A stretch of 64,000 nucleotides of DNA from an uncultured Deinococcaceae bacterium (GCA_964252075.1 CAXULY010000003.1:32001-96000), one strand, 5' to 3'; shown: positions 44,506 through 55,837, numbered from the stretch's first letter. Made by a program: numbers and translations. Notes: generated by a model from the sequence alone, not told the origin.

Positions 44506-45459
44506 GTGCGGCTGGCGCTCGTGCACACGGGCGGCACCATCGCCAGCCGCCCCGACCCGGGCGGCGCGGGCCTCACGCCGCAGGGCGCGCCGCCCCTGCC
44601 GGACCTGCCGGGCGTGGCGGTGCGGGAGTTCCAGCCGTTCAACCTGCCCAGCCCGCACGTGACGCCCGCGCACATGCAGCAGTTGCGCGCGCTGGTGGAG
44701 GAGGTGGCCGGGGACTTTGACGGGGTGGTGCTCACGCACGGCACCGACACCCTGGAGGAGACGGCCTTCTACCTGCACCTCACGCTGGGCGCGGACACCC
44801 CGCTGGTCCTCACGGGCAGCATGCGTCACGCCGAGGAACCCTCCTGGGACGGCCCCGGCAACCTGCGGGACGCGGCGAGCGTGGCGCTGCACCCCCTCAC
44901 GCGCGGGCGCGGGCCGCTCGCGGTGTTCGGCGGGGACATCTTCGACGCGCGCACCGTCACCAAGGTGCACACCACCGCGCAGGACGCCTTCGGCGGGTAC
45001 CCCGGCCCCATCGGGCGCATTGACTACGGCCCGGCAGGCGCGGCGCTCCGGTACTTCGCGCGGCCTGAGTCCCGCCCACTGTTCGCGCCCGATCAGTTGA
45101 CCGCGCGGGTGGAGGTGCTGTACGCCTACGCGGGCTGGCGCGGTGAGGGCTTCGCAGAGGCCGCCGCGCGCGCGGACGGCCTGGTGATCGCGGCGCTCGG
45201 CACGGGCAACCTGCCCGCCGAGCTGCTGCCCCTGGTGGAGGGCGCGCGGGTGCCCATCGTCATTGCGACGCGCACGCACGCCGGGCCGGTCATCCCGGTG
45301 TACGGCTACGCCGGGGGCGGCGCGACCCTGGTGCGTGCGGGCGCCATCCCGGCGTCCTTCCTGAACGCGCACAAGGCGCGCCTGCTGCTGATGGTGCTGC
45401 TCAGCCTGGGCCTGGACCGCGCGGGCATCCGGCGGGTGTTCGAGGACGGCGCCTTCTAG
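44506..45459 (+). CDS. L-asparaginase
   Basis: TGGTIA and HGTDTLEET motifs. Confidence 0.93.
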   Translation: MRLALVHTGGTIASRPDPGGAGLTPQGAPPLPDLPGVAVREFQPFNLPSPHVTPAHMQQLRALVEEVAGDFDGVVLTHGTDTLEETAFYLHLTLGADTPLVLTGSMRHAEEPSWDGPGNLRDAASVALHPLTRGRGPLAVFGGDIFDARTVTKVHTTAQDAFGGYPGPIGRIDYGPAGAALRYFARPESRPLFAPDQLTARVEVLYAYAGWRGEGFAEAAARADGLVIAALGTGNLPAELLPLVEGARVPIVIATRTHAGPVIPVYGYAGGGATLVRAGAIPASFLNAHKARLLLMVLLSLGLDRAGIRRVFEDGAF

Positions 45460-46062
45460 CACCTCACAGGCGCGCGGCGCCAGCGGTTGGACGCGATGCG
45501 CCACGTGTACGCGCCCGCCGCCACCTCGACGTACGCGAGCGGCGCGAGCAGGCGGGCGCCCCGCACCATCACCAGCCACGCGCCGGACAGGGGACCAGAA
45601 GCCGGAAGCGCGTGGCGCCCGCCCCACTCAGCACCTGGTACACCGCCAGGATGCGCGCCCACCGCGAGCACCTATAGGTCCGCGTTGAAGACCCGGATGA
45701 GCGGGCCGGGCAGCGCCGCCAGCACGCCCATCCGGGCCGCCGCGAGGCCCACCTCACGCCACTCAATGAGTGCTGGGCATGCGTAAAAGCAGGCTGCACC
45801 CCCAAGAAGACGTTCGCCCGGCGCCGCACAGCGGCGCAGTCGTTGCGCCGTTCAGCGTGCCGCGGAACAGCAGGATGAGGGTTAGCGGACACACCGCCGT
45901 GAACCCTATGGCGCCCCCACCTGCACCACCCTCGGGCGCCCCATGCTGAGGGTGTCCGCGAAGCCCACGGCGGTGTTCGCGAGGGCGGAGGGTTCGCGCG
46001 TGTGGCCCTGCGGCGCTTCGGTGCGGGCGCTGGACAGGAACCCCGCGCGTATGCGCCGCCGA

Positions 46063-47751
46063 TCAGTCCCGGGTGGCGCCGGCCAGCTCAACGACCGCGC
46101 CGATCAGGGCGGAGTGCACGAAGGTCTGCGGGAAGTTCCCGAGCAGCTCACCGGAATCCAGGTCCACCTCCTCGGCGAGCAGGCCGAGGTCGTTGGCGTG
46201 CGCGAGCACGGCGTCCAGTATCTCCTGAGCGCGGGCGGGGTCGCGCGCCGTCCAGTACAGGGCCACCCACAGGGTGCCCGCCAGGAACGCGCCCTCACCG
46301 CTGTCCGTTTCGCGCAGCGCGCGGCGGTACAGGTGGCCCTGGCGGTAATCTCGGTCCAGCACCTCGATGGTCCGGAGCATTTCGGGCGCGTCGGGCGCGC
46401 AGTACCCCCACACGGGGTACAGGGCCGCCACCACATCCACCGCTTCCTCGCCCGCGACCGCCGCGAAGGCCCCCTCGCGGTTCAGGGCGTGGCCCGTGAT
46501 CCAGCGGCGGATGTCGGCGGCGACGTCCCTCCAGCGCGCGGCGCGCACGGCGTCCGGCTGCGCGCCCGCCAGGGCCTCCAGGCCCAGCGCGCCCAGCACG
46601 CGGCTGGACACGTAGGGGCGGCGCGCCTGCTCTTCCCAGATGCCGTTTTCCTGTTCGTTCCAGTGCGCGCAGTAGTACTCGGTGATCGCTTCGAGCACCG
46701 GCCAGTGCTCCTTGAGTTCCTCGGGCGTGTAGAGCTGCGCGCTCGCCAGCATGATGTTGCCGTACACGTCGAGTTGCAGCTGGTCGTGCGCGTCGTTCCC
46801 GACGCGCACGGGGCGGCTGCCGCGGTACCCCGCCATGTCGAGTTCCCGCACGGGCGGCGCGTCCTGGAGGCCCACCGTGGCGAGTGGCGGGAGGGCCTGA
46901 CTCAGGTCGCGGTCCGCGGCGTACTGGCAGATGAAGTTCAGGAAGCCGCGCCCGAGCGTGCCGGTCTTGGTGAGGCGCGACAGGGCGCGCACGATCATGC
47001 CCGCGTCGCGGAACCACACGTAGCGGTAATCGTAGTTGCGCGCGCCGCCCAGCACCTCGGGCAGGGAGGTGGTGAGGGCCGCGACGACGCTGCCGGTCTC
47101 CTCGAAGGTCAGCAGGCGCAGGGCGCGCAGGGAGTCCTGCACGGCCTGCCGGTAGGGGCCGTCGTAGCGCGATTCGCCCGCCACGACGCGCCAGGCGTCC
47201 AGCGTGCCTTCCAGCCACACCTCCGGGCGCGGCAAGGCGGGCGGCCCGTCTCCCAGGAAGGCCCAGCCGGATTCACCCGCCGGGATCTGCAATTGCACGC
47301 CGTTCCCCTGCACGTGCAGGGGGTGGGAGGCCGCCAGCCAGCGCCCATGCGGGAGCCGCAGGAGCGTCTCGCCCGGTGCGCCGGGCGTGGTGCCGGGTGG
47401 GAGGGTGAGCGTGAGGCGCGCGCCGCCCGCGCCGCGCACGAGGCGGCAGAGGCCGCGCGGCATCCCGGCACCGTAGGGCATGAAGTCCACCAGCGTGACC
47501 TCGCCCGTGGGGGTGCCCACCACCGTCTCCAGCACGCCGGTGTCGTCCAGGTACGCGCGGCGCAGGAGGGTCGTCACGTCCTCCAGCGTCCAGGCACCGC
47601 CACGCCCGGGGTCAATCAGGTGGGTGAGCAGCGGCTCGGCGTCGAACTGACCGGGGCAGTACCACACCACCTGACCGTGGCGGCTCACGAGCGCGGCGGT
47701 GCGGCGGTCCCCGATCACGCCGAGGTCGCGGATGCTTGGCTGGTCCATCAT
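46063..47751 (-). CDS. Glycoside hydrolase family 15 protein
   Basis: TTSLPE, RNYDYRYVWFRD, QLDVYG, GIWE and LGNFPQ motifs. Confidence 0.93.
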   Translation of the reverse strand: MMDQPSIRDLGVIGDRRTAALVSRHGQVVWYCPGQFDAEPLLTHLIDPGRGGAWTLEDVTTLLRRAYLDDTGVLETVVGTPTGEVTLVDFMPYGAGMPRGLCRLVRGAGGARLTLTLPPGTTPGAPGETLLRLPHGRWLAASHPLHVQGNGVQLQIPAGESGWAFLGDGPPALPRPEVWLEGTLDAWRVVAGESRYDGPYRQAVQDSLRALRLLTFEETGSVVAALTTSLPEVLGGARNYDYRYVWFRDAGMIVRALSRLTKTGTLGRGFLNFICQYAADRDLSQALPPLATVGLQDAPPVRELDMAGYRGSRPVRVGNDAHDQLQLDVYGNIMLASAQLYTPEELKEHWPVLEAITEYYCAHWNEQENGIWEEQARRPYVSSRVLGALGLEALAGAQPDAVRAARWRDVAADIRRWITGHALNREGAFAAVAGEEAVDVVAALYPVWGYCAPDAPEMLRTIEVLDRDYRQGHLYRRALRETDSGEGAFLAGTLWVALYWTARDPARAQEILDAVLAHANDLGLLAEEVDLDSGELLGNFPQTFVHSALIGAVVELAGATRD

Positions 47752-47978
47752 GCGCCCACGCTAGCGGGCGAAGCGCAACCGTGATGTACGGGACGGCACG
47801 GGAATGCCCGGGCGCGCGTTCATGATTGCGCGCCGCGACTGTCTCCGGGAGGGATTTCGGACTGTTGCCTTCAGGTCCGGCCAAGTCCACTTGAGCGTTC
47901 CTGCACGATTCTGTGGGTGCGCGGCGGAATCCTCTTGGGGATTCGGCGGGGCCGAGCGCCCCGGTCAGGAGAGGACCC

Positions 47979-48863
47979 ATGACCAAGAAACAGGACCCCA
48001 CCACGCAGTACCCGCAGCCGCCCTTCCCCCGCCAGCCGATGGACGCGCCCGGCTCCATTCACGACATGCACCCCACCCCGGACCACGGCGAGACCAGCTA
48101 CCAGGGCCTGGGGCGCCTGACGGGCCGCAAGGCGCTCATCACGGGCGCGGACAGCGGCATCGGGCGGGCCGTCGCAATCGCCTTCGCGCGCGAGGGTGCC
48201 GACGTCGCCATCAATTACCTGCCGGAGGAGGAGGCCGACGCGAAAGAGGTCATCGGGTACATCGAGGCCGCCGGGCGCAAGGCGGTGGCGCTGCCGGGCG
48301 ACATCATGGACGAGGCCTTCTGCCAGCAGCTGGTGCAGGACGCCGCCGCGCAGCTCGGCGGGCTGGACATCCTGGTGAACAACGCGGGCAAGCAGACCTC
48401 GCAGCCCGCCATCGCGGACATCACCACCGAGCAGTTCGACCGGACCTTCAAGACGAACGTGTACGCGATGTTCTGGATCACCAAGGCGGCGATGCCGCTC
48501 CTGGGTGCGGGCGCGACCATCATCAACACGTCGTCCATTCAGGCGTCGCAGCCGTCCCCCACCCTGCTGGATTACGCGCCCACCAAGGCCGCGATCGTGG
48601 CATTCACGCAGGCGCTCGCGCAGCAGGTGGCGGAGCAGGGCATCCGGGTGAACGCGGTCGCGCCGGGGCCGTTCTGGACGCCCCTGCAGCCCAGCGGTGG
48701 GCAGCCGCAGGACAAGATCGAGAAGTTCGGGAGCGAGACGCCCCTCGGTCGCCCCGGTCAGCCGGCCGAGATTGCGCCGCTGTACGTGTTCCTGGCCTCG
48801 ACGGAGTCGAGTTACAGCACGGGCGGGGTGTTCGGCAGCACGGGCGGCCTGCTCCTCAGCTGA
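47979..48863 (+). CDS. SDR oxidoreductase (YghA-like)
   Basis: [12 protein letters not shown] and YAPTK motifs. Confidence 0.93.
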   Translation: MTKKQDPTTQYPQPPFPRQPMDAPGSIHDMHPTPDHGETSYQGLGRLTGRKALITGADSGIGRAVAIAFAREGADVAINYLPEEEADAKEVIGYIEAAGRKAVALPGDIMDEAFCQQLVQDAAAQLGGLDILVNNAGKQTSQPAIADITTEQFDRTFKTNVYAMFWITKAAMPLLGAGATIINTSSIQASQPSPTLLDYAPTKAAIVAFTQALAQQVAEQGIRVNAVAPGPFWTPLQPSGGQPQDKIEKFGSETPLGRPGQPAEIAPLYVFLASTESSYSTGGVFGSTGGLLLS

Positions 48864-48867
48864 GTAA

Positions 48868-48897
48868 AGGGGGAGCCGGGCGTGCCCGGCTCCCCCT
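48868..48897. terminator. Strong hairpin after the SDR gene
   Basis: 13-bp perfect stem AGGGGGAGCCGGG/CCCGGCTCCCCCT. Confidence 0.65.
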
Positions 48898-49029
48898 CGT
48901 GGCGACCGGCCACCTGACCCGCTCCGCGGGCCACGCGCATCGAAGAACCGCACAGACATTCCCTGCACCACCACCGATTCTGAAGCCAAGCTGAACAGGC
49001 AGAGAAGCGAGTGGGGGGTGAGGTGGGGC

Positions 49030-49230
49030 ATGGCCGCAATCGCGAGCACGCAGGTGAAGTACATCCGGGTTGCGGGGTGGGTCGCGCGCATCGAACTGCA
49101 CGCCCGCGTGGGCACACCGAACATCGGCAGCACCATCGATGCGGGCCGGCAGGGCCGCTGGCGGGTGCGTCAGGTCCTGCGCGAGGGCGGTCTCCTGATG
49201 GGCGCGCTGCTGGAAGCGGAGCGCGCCTGA
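49030..49230 (+). CDS. Small hypothetical protein
   Basis: GAGGTG RBS; plausible codon usage. Confidence 0.55.
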   Translation: MAAIASTQVKYIRVAGWVARIELHARVGTPNIGSTIDAGRQGRWRVRQVLREGGLLMGALLEAERA

Positions 49231-49318
49231 GCCCGGCGCCCATCGCAGCGTCATTCACCATGCACTGAAAGACTTTCGTCAGGCCCGCAGCCCTAACCTG
49301 AGGGGGACGAGGCCGAGC

Positions 49319-49525
49319 ATGATGCGTGTTGAACCGTTTCCCTCCACTGAAGCCACCGAACTGTTCGTGATTGACCAGATCGGTCTCGGGCCCATGCCCC
49401 TACTGCACAGCGAGGTGCGGGTGGACGGCGAGACGTTCACGGTCGTGGGGTACCTGCGCCGCGAGCAGGGCGCGCCGCTGCGCGTGCTGGTTGTGCGCGT
49501 ACTGATCGCGCACGCCGTCGCCTGA
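49319..49525 (+). CDS. Small hypothetical protein
   Basis: RBS-like GAGG with TAACCT upstream. Confidence 0.55.
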   Translation: MMRVEPFPSTEATELFVIDQIGLGPMPLLHSEVRVDGETFTVVGYLRREQGAPLRVLVVRVLIAHAVA

Positions 49526-49557
49526 CCACCGGGACTCCTGCTGCCCTACACTGGGGT

Positions 49558-50388
49558 GTGCTGCGCCTCGCTGGCCTGACCGTGTACCCCATCAAGTCCT
49601 GCGCGGGCGTGGCCGTCCCGCACGCGCGCCTGGACGCGCGCGGCCTCGCGCTGGACCGCCGCTGGATGCTGGTAGACGCGCAGGGCGAGGCCGTGACGCT
49701 GCGCCAGTGCCCGGCGCTGGCCGCCGCTCAGCCGCGCCTGGAGGGCGACACCGTGTATGTGGGGGCGCCCGGACGACCGGACCTGACCCTTCACCCGGAC
49801 GCGGGCGACCAGCCCATTACCGCGACGCTCTTCGGGCGGCGCGTCGCGGCCCTGGCCTGCCCGGAGGGCGACGCGTGGTTCAGCGCCCTGGCGGGACGCG
49901 CGCTGCGCCTCGTGCGGCTCGACCCGAGCGCCGAGCGCCACCTGCCGCAGGCCTTCGGGGGGCAGGCGCTCGCCCTGCAGGACGGGAACCCCGTGCACCT
50001 CATCGCGCGGGAGAGCGTGGAGGCCCTCGCGGCGCTCCTCCCCGAGCCCCTGCCGAGCGCCCGGTTCCGCGCGAACCTCATGGTGGAGGGCGCCGCGCCG
50101 TGGGCGGAGGACACCTGGGCGCGCCTGCGGGTCGGCGCTGTGACCTTCGAGGTGTACGAACCCACCCAGCGCTGCGCCATCGTGAATGTGCCGGTCGCGG
50201 GCGAGGCGGGCGGGCGCGAGCCACTCGCGGCGCTCGCGCGCACAAGGCGCACGCCTCTGGGCGTGCTGTTCGGCTGGAACCTGAGCCACGCGCCGGGCGG
50301 TGCGCTGCGGGTGGGGGACCCGGTGGAGGTGCTGGCCGTGCGCAACTCCCCGTTCGAAACGGACGCACACCCTAGACTGTTGGGGTGA
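49558..50388 (+). CDS. MOSC domain protein
   Basis: YPIKSC, DRRWML, RFRANL and RC motifs. Confidence 0.9.
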   Translation: MLRLAGLTVYPIKSCAGVAVPHARLDARGLALDRRWMLVDAQGEAVTLRQCPALAAAQPRLEGDTVYVGAPGRPDLTLHPDAGDQPITATLFGRRVAALACPEGDAWFSALAGRALRLVRLDPSAERHLPQAFGGQALALQDGNPVHLIARESVEALAALLPEPLPSARFRANLMVEGAAPWAEDTWARLRVGAVTFEVYEPTQRCAIVNVPVAGEAGGREPLAALARTRRTPLGVLFGWNLSHAPGGALRVGDPVEVLAVRNSPFETDAHPRLLG

Positions 50389-50413
50389 AGGTTTTCGCGC
50401 GCGGGGTGCAGGC

Positions 50414-52558
50414 ATGAGCGCCATCTACCAGAAGGCCCGGCCCGTCCACTGGGACGAGGTGGTGGGGCAGGAGCACGTCAAGGACGTGCTGGCCGCCGCA
50501 CTCGCGAAGGGGCGGGTGGGGCACGCCTACCTGTTCAGCGGGCCGCGCGGCGTGGGCAAGACCACCACCGCGCGCCTGATCGCCATGACCGCCAACTGCG
50601 AGGGCCCCGAACCGAAGCCCTGCGGGGTGTGCGAGTCGTGCCGCGCGGTGCGCGCCGGCAGCCACCCGGACGTGCGCGAGATTGACGCGGCCAGCAACAA
50701 CAGCGTCGAGGACGTGCGTGAGCTGCGCGAGAACGTGAACCTCGCGGCGATGCGCGGCGGCAAGAAGATCTACATCCTCGACGAGGCGCACATGATGAGC
50801 CGCGCGGCTTTCAACGCGCTCCTCAAGACGCTGGAGGAGCCGCCCAGCCACGTGATCTTCATCCTCGCGACGACCGAGCCGGAGAAGATCCTGCCGACCA
50901 TCCTGTCGCGCTGCCAGCACTACCGCTTCCGGAGGCACACGGCGCAGGAGGTGGCGGGCAAACTCACGCGCATCTGCGAGGAGGAGGGCGTGCAGGCCGA
51001 ACCCGAGGCGCTGGCGCTCATCGGTCGGCTCGCGGACGGCGCGATGCGTGACGGCGAGAGCCTGCTGGAGCGCATGTTCGCGGCGGGCGGCGCCGTCACG
51101 CGCTCCGGCGTGGAGGCCGCGCTGGGCTTGCCACCCACCGAACGCGTGGGCGACATGGCGCGCGCCCTGGTGATGAATGAGGCGGGCACCGTGATGGCGG
51201 GCGCGGGCGCCCTATACCGCGACGGGTACGCGGCGCGCACGGTGGTGGAGGGCCTCCTCACCGCCCTGCGGGACGCCCTGCACGCCGAGCTGGGCGTCGG
51301 GGAGGACGGCGCGCGCATCGAGGGCGCGGACCTGCCGCGCCTGCTGCGCCTGCAGGCCGCGCTGGACGCGCAGGAGTCGCGCTTCGCGCGCGGCGCGGAC
51401 CTGCTCAGCCTGGAACTCGCGCTCACGCACGCCCTGCTGGCCGGTGAGGTCAGCACGGCCGCCGGCGCGCCCGCCACAGCGGGCGCGCCGGCGGCCGTGC
51501 CGGGCGACCTCGCGAACCGCCTCGCGCGGCTGGAGCGCGAGGTGAGCGGCCTGAAGTCCGCGCCGCCCGCCGCTCCAGCCGCGCGCGCGGGGGACGCCGT
51601 GCCGGAATTCAACCCCGGTGGGCGCCGCGCGCCCGAGCCGCGCGAGCCCGCCGCGCGCGCCGCGCCCGCGGAGGCCGTGCCGGGCGGCAACTGGGCGGAC
51701 GTGGTGAAGCTCGCGGGCATTCAGATGCGCGCCTTCCTGAAGCCCGCGCGGGTGGACGTGGAGCCCGGGGTGCTGCGCCTCACGTACGACGAGCGCAGCA
51801 AGTTCCACGCGCGGCAGCTGCTGGAGAAGTTCGATGAGCTGCTGCCCCTGGTCCGCAAGGTCTTCGGGAACCTGATGTTCGAGGTGATGACGAGCGAGGG
51901 CAGCAAGCGCGCGCAGACCGGCGCGGGCGGGAGCGCGTCCGTCCCCGTCGCGGCCCCACGGCCGCAGCCGGAGCCCACGCCCCCCGCGGTCACGCCGAAG
52001 GCCAGCGCGCCCGTGGACCGCGCCCCGGCGCCCGAGCCCGCCGCGCCGCGCGACCTCCCGGACTTCCGCCCGCAGGGCCGCAGCGCCGCCAGCGCGTCCG
52101 TGGCGCCCGCCCCGGCCGTGTCGGAGGTCGCGCCGCCCGCCTTCACGCCCAGCCGGACCACCCGCCCGGAGCCCGCGCGGTCCGGTCCGGCGGTGCAGGA
52201 GCCGCCCGCCGCGCCCGCCCCCACCTACCTGGAGCCCGAGCCGGTCACGCAGGAACCCGACTGGGACGACCTGGGCCTGAGCTTCGAGGCCGCCGCGCCC
52301 GCGACGCAGGCGGCCCCGCTGGAAGTCCCGGCGGTCGCGACGCCCACGCCCGCGCCCGCCACCCCCCGAGCGGGCAGCGCGCCGCGCCGGGGTGCCGAGG
52401 TGGGCGGCGGGGTGCGCGGGCACCCGCTGTTCGAGGAGGCGCAGCGCCGCTTTTCCGGGAAGGTGCGCGAGGCAGGCAAGGTGCGCGCCGCCCGCCCCAC
52501 CGAGGACGCCCCCGTGGACGACGCGGGCGACGCCGAGGCGAACCCCGAAGCCAGCTGA
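50414..52558 (+). CDS. dnaX: DNA polymerase III subunit gamma/tau
   Basis: GPRGVGKTT, EIDAAS, DEAHM, NALLKTLEEPP and SRC motifs. Confidence 0.97.
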   Translation: MSAIYQKARPVHWDEVVGQEHVKDVLAAALAKGRVGHAYLFSGPRGVGKTTTARLIAMTANCEGPEPKPCGVCESCRAVRAGSHPDVREIDAASNNSVEDVRELRENVNLAAMRGGKKIYILDEAHMMSRAAFNALLKTLEEPPSHVIFILATTEPEKILPTILSRCQHYRFRRHTAQEVAGKLTRICEEEGVQAEPEALALIGRLADGAMRDGESLLERMFAAGGAVTRSGVEAALGLPPTERVGDMARALVMNEAGTVMAGAGALYRDGYAARTVVEGLLTALRDALHAELGVGEDGARIEGADLPRLLRLQAALDAQESRFARGADLLSLELALTHALLAGEVSTAAGAPATAGAPAAVPGDLANRLARLEREVSGLKSAPPAAPAARAGDAVPEFNPGGRRAPEPREPAARAAPAEAVPGGNWADVVKLAGIQMRAFLKPARVDVEPGVLRLTYDERSKFHARQLLEKFDELLPLVRKVFGNLMFEVMTSEGSKRAQTGAGGSASVPVAAPRPQPEPTPPAVTPKASAPVDRAPAPEPAAPRDLPDFRPQGRSAASASVAPAPAVSEVAPPAFTPSRTTRPEPARSGPAVQEPPAAPAPTYLEPEPVTQEPDWDDLGLSFEAAAPATQAAPLEVPAVATPTPAPATPRAGSAPRRGAEVGGGVRGHPLFEEAQRRFSGKVREAGKVRAARPTEDAPVDDAGDAEANPEAS

Positions 52559-52595
52559 GGGGCGGGAGCGCGTATGCGCCTCGCCCTTCAGCGCG

Positions 52596-52754
52596 CTAGA
52601 AGCGCCGGCTGATGGCCTGCCACACGAAGTACGCCACGGCAATCAGCACCACCAGGCTGAGCAGCCTCAGGGCGATGCCCGCGACGAAGCGAAACACGAC
52701 CAGGGCCAGGATCAGCCCCACAATCCAGGGGAGCCAGGCGGCCAGGGCTTTCAT
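52596..52754 (-). CDS. Small leaderless membrane protein (MKALAAWLPWIVGLILAL), not in the ORF track
   Basis: 52-aa hydrophobic ORF; TAGCAT 6 nt before the ATG. Confidence 0.7.
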   Translation of the reverse strand: MKALAAWLPWIVGLILALVVFRFVAGIALRLLSLVVLIAVAYFVWQAISRRF

Positions 52755-52827
52755 GCCCTCATGCTACCGCCGCGCGCCGCGCGGAACGGCGCCGGGGATG
52801 TGGAGGCCCTGGCGCCGTTCTTCATGA

Positions 52828-54084
52828 TCAGTGCTGCTGGCCCGGCACGGAGGACGCGAGGCGACCCGCGTCCTGCACGGCCTTCACGCCGAGCGCCAGC
52901 ATGGCGTCCTCGCCCACCGCGAGTTCCTGCAGGTCGTCCGTGCAGCCCTGATCGGGCTGCACGCGCTCCGGGTACGGCTGGCCGTCCGGCCGCGCGAAGT
53001 GCGAGCGCGTGAGGTGCAGCGCGCCGCCGCCCGGCAGGCGGTACGTGCTGGTGCTGGTGTTCCCCACGCCGCTGGTCGCTTCGCCGATCACGGGGCCGCG
53101 GTGCGCGCCCTGCACCGCCAGCGCGAAGAACTCGCTGCACGAGGCGCTGTGCGCGTTCACCAGCACCGCGAGCGGGCCGTCCCAGCGCTGCGGGGTGCTG
53201 ACGCTCGCGGCGGTCACGCCGTCCACCTGCCACACGCCCGCGTCGGCGTTCATGACGTGGTGGCCGTCGCTGCCCTCCATGCTGCGCTGGATGCGCGCCA
53301 CGAAGGGCGTCGCGGCGAGGTCGCACTCGAAGAGGCTCCCGCCGGGGTTGTCGCGCAGGTCCACCACGATGCCGGTCGCGGCGTGGTCGCGCGCGAGGCG
53401 CACGAGGTCATGCACCTGCTGCGCGACGCCGCCCCCGCTGCTGAAGGTCGGAATGCGAATGACGGCGGTGCTGCCCTCCCAGCGCAGGTGCGGGAGGTTG
53501 CGCCCGCTGCTCTCGCGCGCCTGCATGTGCAGCTGCAGGTCCTGCGCGCCGCGCCGCACGGTGAGGGCGACGCTGGCGCCCGCCTCGCGCAGCTTCGCGA
53601 GCTGGGCGTGGTCGTAGGGGCCGCCGTTCAGTCCGGTGAGGTGATCGCCGCGCTGCAGGCCCGCGCCCTCGGCGGGCGAGTCGGGCATCACGTCCGTCAC
53701 GACGCGCGTCTGGTCGGGCAGCGCGGCGGACGTGAAGCCGAACTGCAGCCGGGCGCTGCCGGTGGAGACCTCCTGGAACTTGGCTTCCTCCTCGGGGGTG
53801 TTCAGGTAGGTGTGCTGGTCGTGCAGGGCGGCGACCGTGCCCTTCAGCACGCCGTAGGCGGCGCTGGCGGGGCAGCCCTCCGCGTCGCGGGCGCAGGCGG
53901 CGTTCAGGTCCGCCTGCGCCTGCGCCAGCAGCGCGGCGCGGTCCGCCGTGCTGAGGCCGCCGTACCCGTGCTCCAGCAGGGACGACACCGCGCCGAACAC
54001 GTCGGTGGCGGGCGAGGCGAGGGCGGCGGGCGCGAGGAAGACGGAGAGCAGGGCGGCGCGAAGGCCCGCGTGCGTCAATTGCAT
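52828..54084 (-). CDS. S41 family peptidase with PDZ domain
   Basis: Signal peptide; DLRDNPGG and SASCSE motifs. Confidence 0.9.
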   Translation of the reverse strand: MQLTHAGLRAALLSVFLAPAALASPATDVFGAVSSLLEHGYGGLSTADRAALLAQAQADLNAACARDAEGCPASAAYGVLKGTVAALHDQHTYLNTPEEEAKFQEVSTGSARLQFGFTSAALPDQTRVVTDVMPDSPAEGAGLQRGDHLTGLNGGPYDHAQLAKLREAGASVALTVRRGAQDLQLHMQARESSGRNLPHLRWEGSTAVIRIPTFSSGGGVAQQVHDLVRLARDHAATGIVVDLRDNPGGSLFECDLAATPFVARIQRSMEGSDGHHVMNADAGVWQVDGVTAASVSTPQRWDGPLAVLVNAHSASCSEFFALAVQGAHRGPVIGEATSGVGNTSTSTYRLPGGGALHLTRSHFARPDGQPYPERVQPDQGCTDDLQELAVGEDAMLALGVKAVQDAGRLASSVPGQQH

Positions 54085-54228
54085 GGTACGGCCAGTGTGA
54101 CAGACCACCGCGCCGCAATGATGAAAATGAGAGTGCGTGAAGACCGAGGGGCGACCGGGCAACGGCCACAGCGCCACCATTCCCCGTCCTGGTGAAGGAA
54201 ATTCGCACGCCCCTGCTGGGGCCGAACC

Positions 54229-54846
54229 TTAACGCATGCGGGTGGACACCCGCTGCACCGCCTCTGCATGCAGCGCCTCCGCCCGCACCTGGACATCTTG
54301 CCGCGCGGCGCGCAGGGCGGCGGCCTCCGCGTCCGGCAGGGCCCCCAGGTTGATGTCCACCGTCAGGAGCGACGCGCGCAGGGCGCCCAGCAGCAACTCC
54401 GCGCCCGCCCCCACGTCCGACACCACGTGCGCGTGGCTGAGGGGCGCCGCCTCCCGAGCGAGGATCAGGCCGCCCAGCAGGTCCCGTGCCGACGCGAGGG
54501 GCGCGTCGCTCGCCGCGCGCGCCGCCGCCTGCATCGCGGCGCGGCGCGCCTCACGCTCCCCGTCGCTCGCCTTCCGGAGGGCCAACGCCGCCATGTACCC
54601 CTCGAAGGCCCTCACGTCCGCGTCCGCGTGCGCGGGCAGGCGCGCAAGCAGGGTGCGCGCGCGCTCCAGCAGGTCCGGCAGGTCCGGCGCGGCGTTCTTG
54701 TGCCGCGCGCTGATCTCCAGCGCCATCACGACCAGACCCAGGCCCAGCGCGCCTGTCACGGCGGACACGCTGCCCCCGCCGGGCGTGGGCGCGTCACTCG
54801 CGGTGCGCTCCAGGAGTTCGCGCGCACTCAGGTCCCAGACGCCCAC
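54229..54846 (-). CDS. Cyclodeaminase/cyclohydrolase family protein
   Basis: PTPGGGSVSA, DADVRAF, SDVG and VDINL motifs. Confidence 0.88.
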   Translation of the reverse strand: MGVWDLSARELLERTASDAPTPGGGSVSAVTGALGLGLVVMALEISARHKNAAPDLPDLLERARTLLARLPAHADADVRAFEGYMAALALRKASDGEREARRAAMQAAARAASDAPLASARDLLGGLILAREAAPLSHAHVVSDVGAGAELLLGALRASLLTVDINLGALPDAEAAALRAARQDVQVRAEALHAEAVQRVSTRMR

Positions 54847-54848
54847 GG

Positions 54849-55250
54849 TCAGTCCCGGTCCAGCGCGGCGAGCCACAGCATGAGGGCCTGCGCGCTCGCG
54901 GGGTTTGTGGCGAGCGGCACGTCATGCACGTCGCACAGGCGCAGCAGGGCGCTCACGTCCGGCTCGTGCGGCTGCGCGGTGAGCGGGTCGCGGAAGAAGA
55001 TCACGGCGCGCACCTCATCCAGCGCGATGCGCGCGCCGATCTGCTGGTCGCCGCCCAGCGGGCCGGACAGCACGCGCTCCACGTTCAGGCCCGTCTTGTC
55101 GCGCAGGATGCCGCCCGTCGTGCCGGTCGCGACGAGCGGGTGGCGCGCCAGCACCTCCTTGTGCTGCAGCGCGAACAGCGCGAGTTCCAGCTTCATCTTG
55201 TCGTGCGCGATCAAGGCCACCTGAATCCGCTTTCCGGAGGGCTGGGTCAT
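54849..55250 (-). CDS. mgsA: Methylglyoxal synthase
   Basis: [23 protein letters not shown] and PHEPD motifs. Confidence 0.95.
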   Translation of the reverse strand: MTQPSGKRIQVALIAHDKMKLELALFALQHKEVLARHPLVATGTTGGILRDKTGLNVERVLSGPLGGDQQIGARIALDEVRAVIFFRDPLTAQPHEPDVSALLRLCDVHDVPLATNPASAQALMLWLAALDRD

Positions 55251-55293
55251 CGCGCGTATTGTCGCACGGCGGGCGCACCCGCGAGACTGCCGC

Positions 55294-55791
55294 ATGGACC
55301 TCCGCACCCTCACCGCCGCCGACGCGCCCGCGTACCGCGCCCTGCGCCTGGAGATGCTCACGCGCGACCCGACCGCCTTCGGAAGTGCCGCCGAGGAGTT
55401 CCGGGAGCGGAGTATGGAGAGCGTCGCGCAGATGCTCACCCCGACCGCGTCGCGCTTCACGCTGGGCGCGTGGGAGGGCGCGGACCTGCTGGGCACGGCG
55501 ACGCTGGCGCGCGAGGAGGGCCTCAAGACGCGCCACAAGGCGAACGTGTACGGCGTGTACGTGACGCCCAGCGCGCGCGGGCGGGGCCTCGCGCGCGCCC
55601 TCATGACGGAACTGCTGACGCGGGCGCGGCAGCAGGGTGTGAGCACCCTGCTGCTCTCCGTGGCGGAACCGCAGGCGGCGGCGCGCGCCCTGTACGCACA
55701 CCTGGGCTTCACGCCCTACGGCACGGAGCCGGACGCCCTGCGCGTGGACGGGCAGCGCGTCACGGAACTGCACCTGCGCCTGGACCTGTGA
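55294..55791 (+). CDS. GNAT acetyltransferase
   Basis: [13 protein letters not shown] and ALYAHLGF motifs. Confidence 0.9.
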   Translation: MDLRTLTAADAPAYRALRLEMLTRDPTAFGSAAEEFRERSMESVAQMLTPTASRFTLGAWEGADLLGTATLAREEGLKTRHKANVYGVYVTPSARGRGLARALMTELLTRARQQGVSTLLLSVAEPQAAARALYAHLGFTPYGTEPDALRVDGQRVTELHLRLDL

Positions 55792-55837
55792 AGGGCCGGG
55801 CGGAGAACACCCGCCCGGCTCGGTCACGCCCCTTCGC

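Noticed and set aside
45456..45780. Possible degraded minus-strand membrane gene with an in-frame TAG near 45672
   Set aside because: No recognisable family or start signal; cannot be distinguished from non-coding DNA
50414..52558. Programmed frameshift or slippage in dnaX; Pro/Ala-rich tail as a novelty
   Set aside because: No long A or T slippery run seen, and low-complexity tau linkers are common
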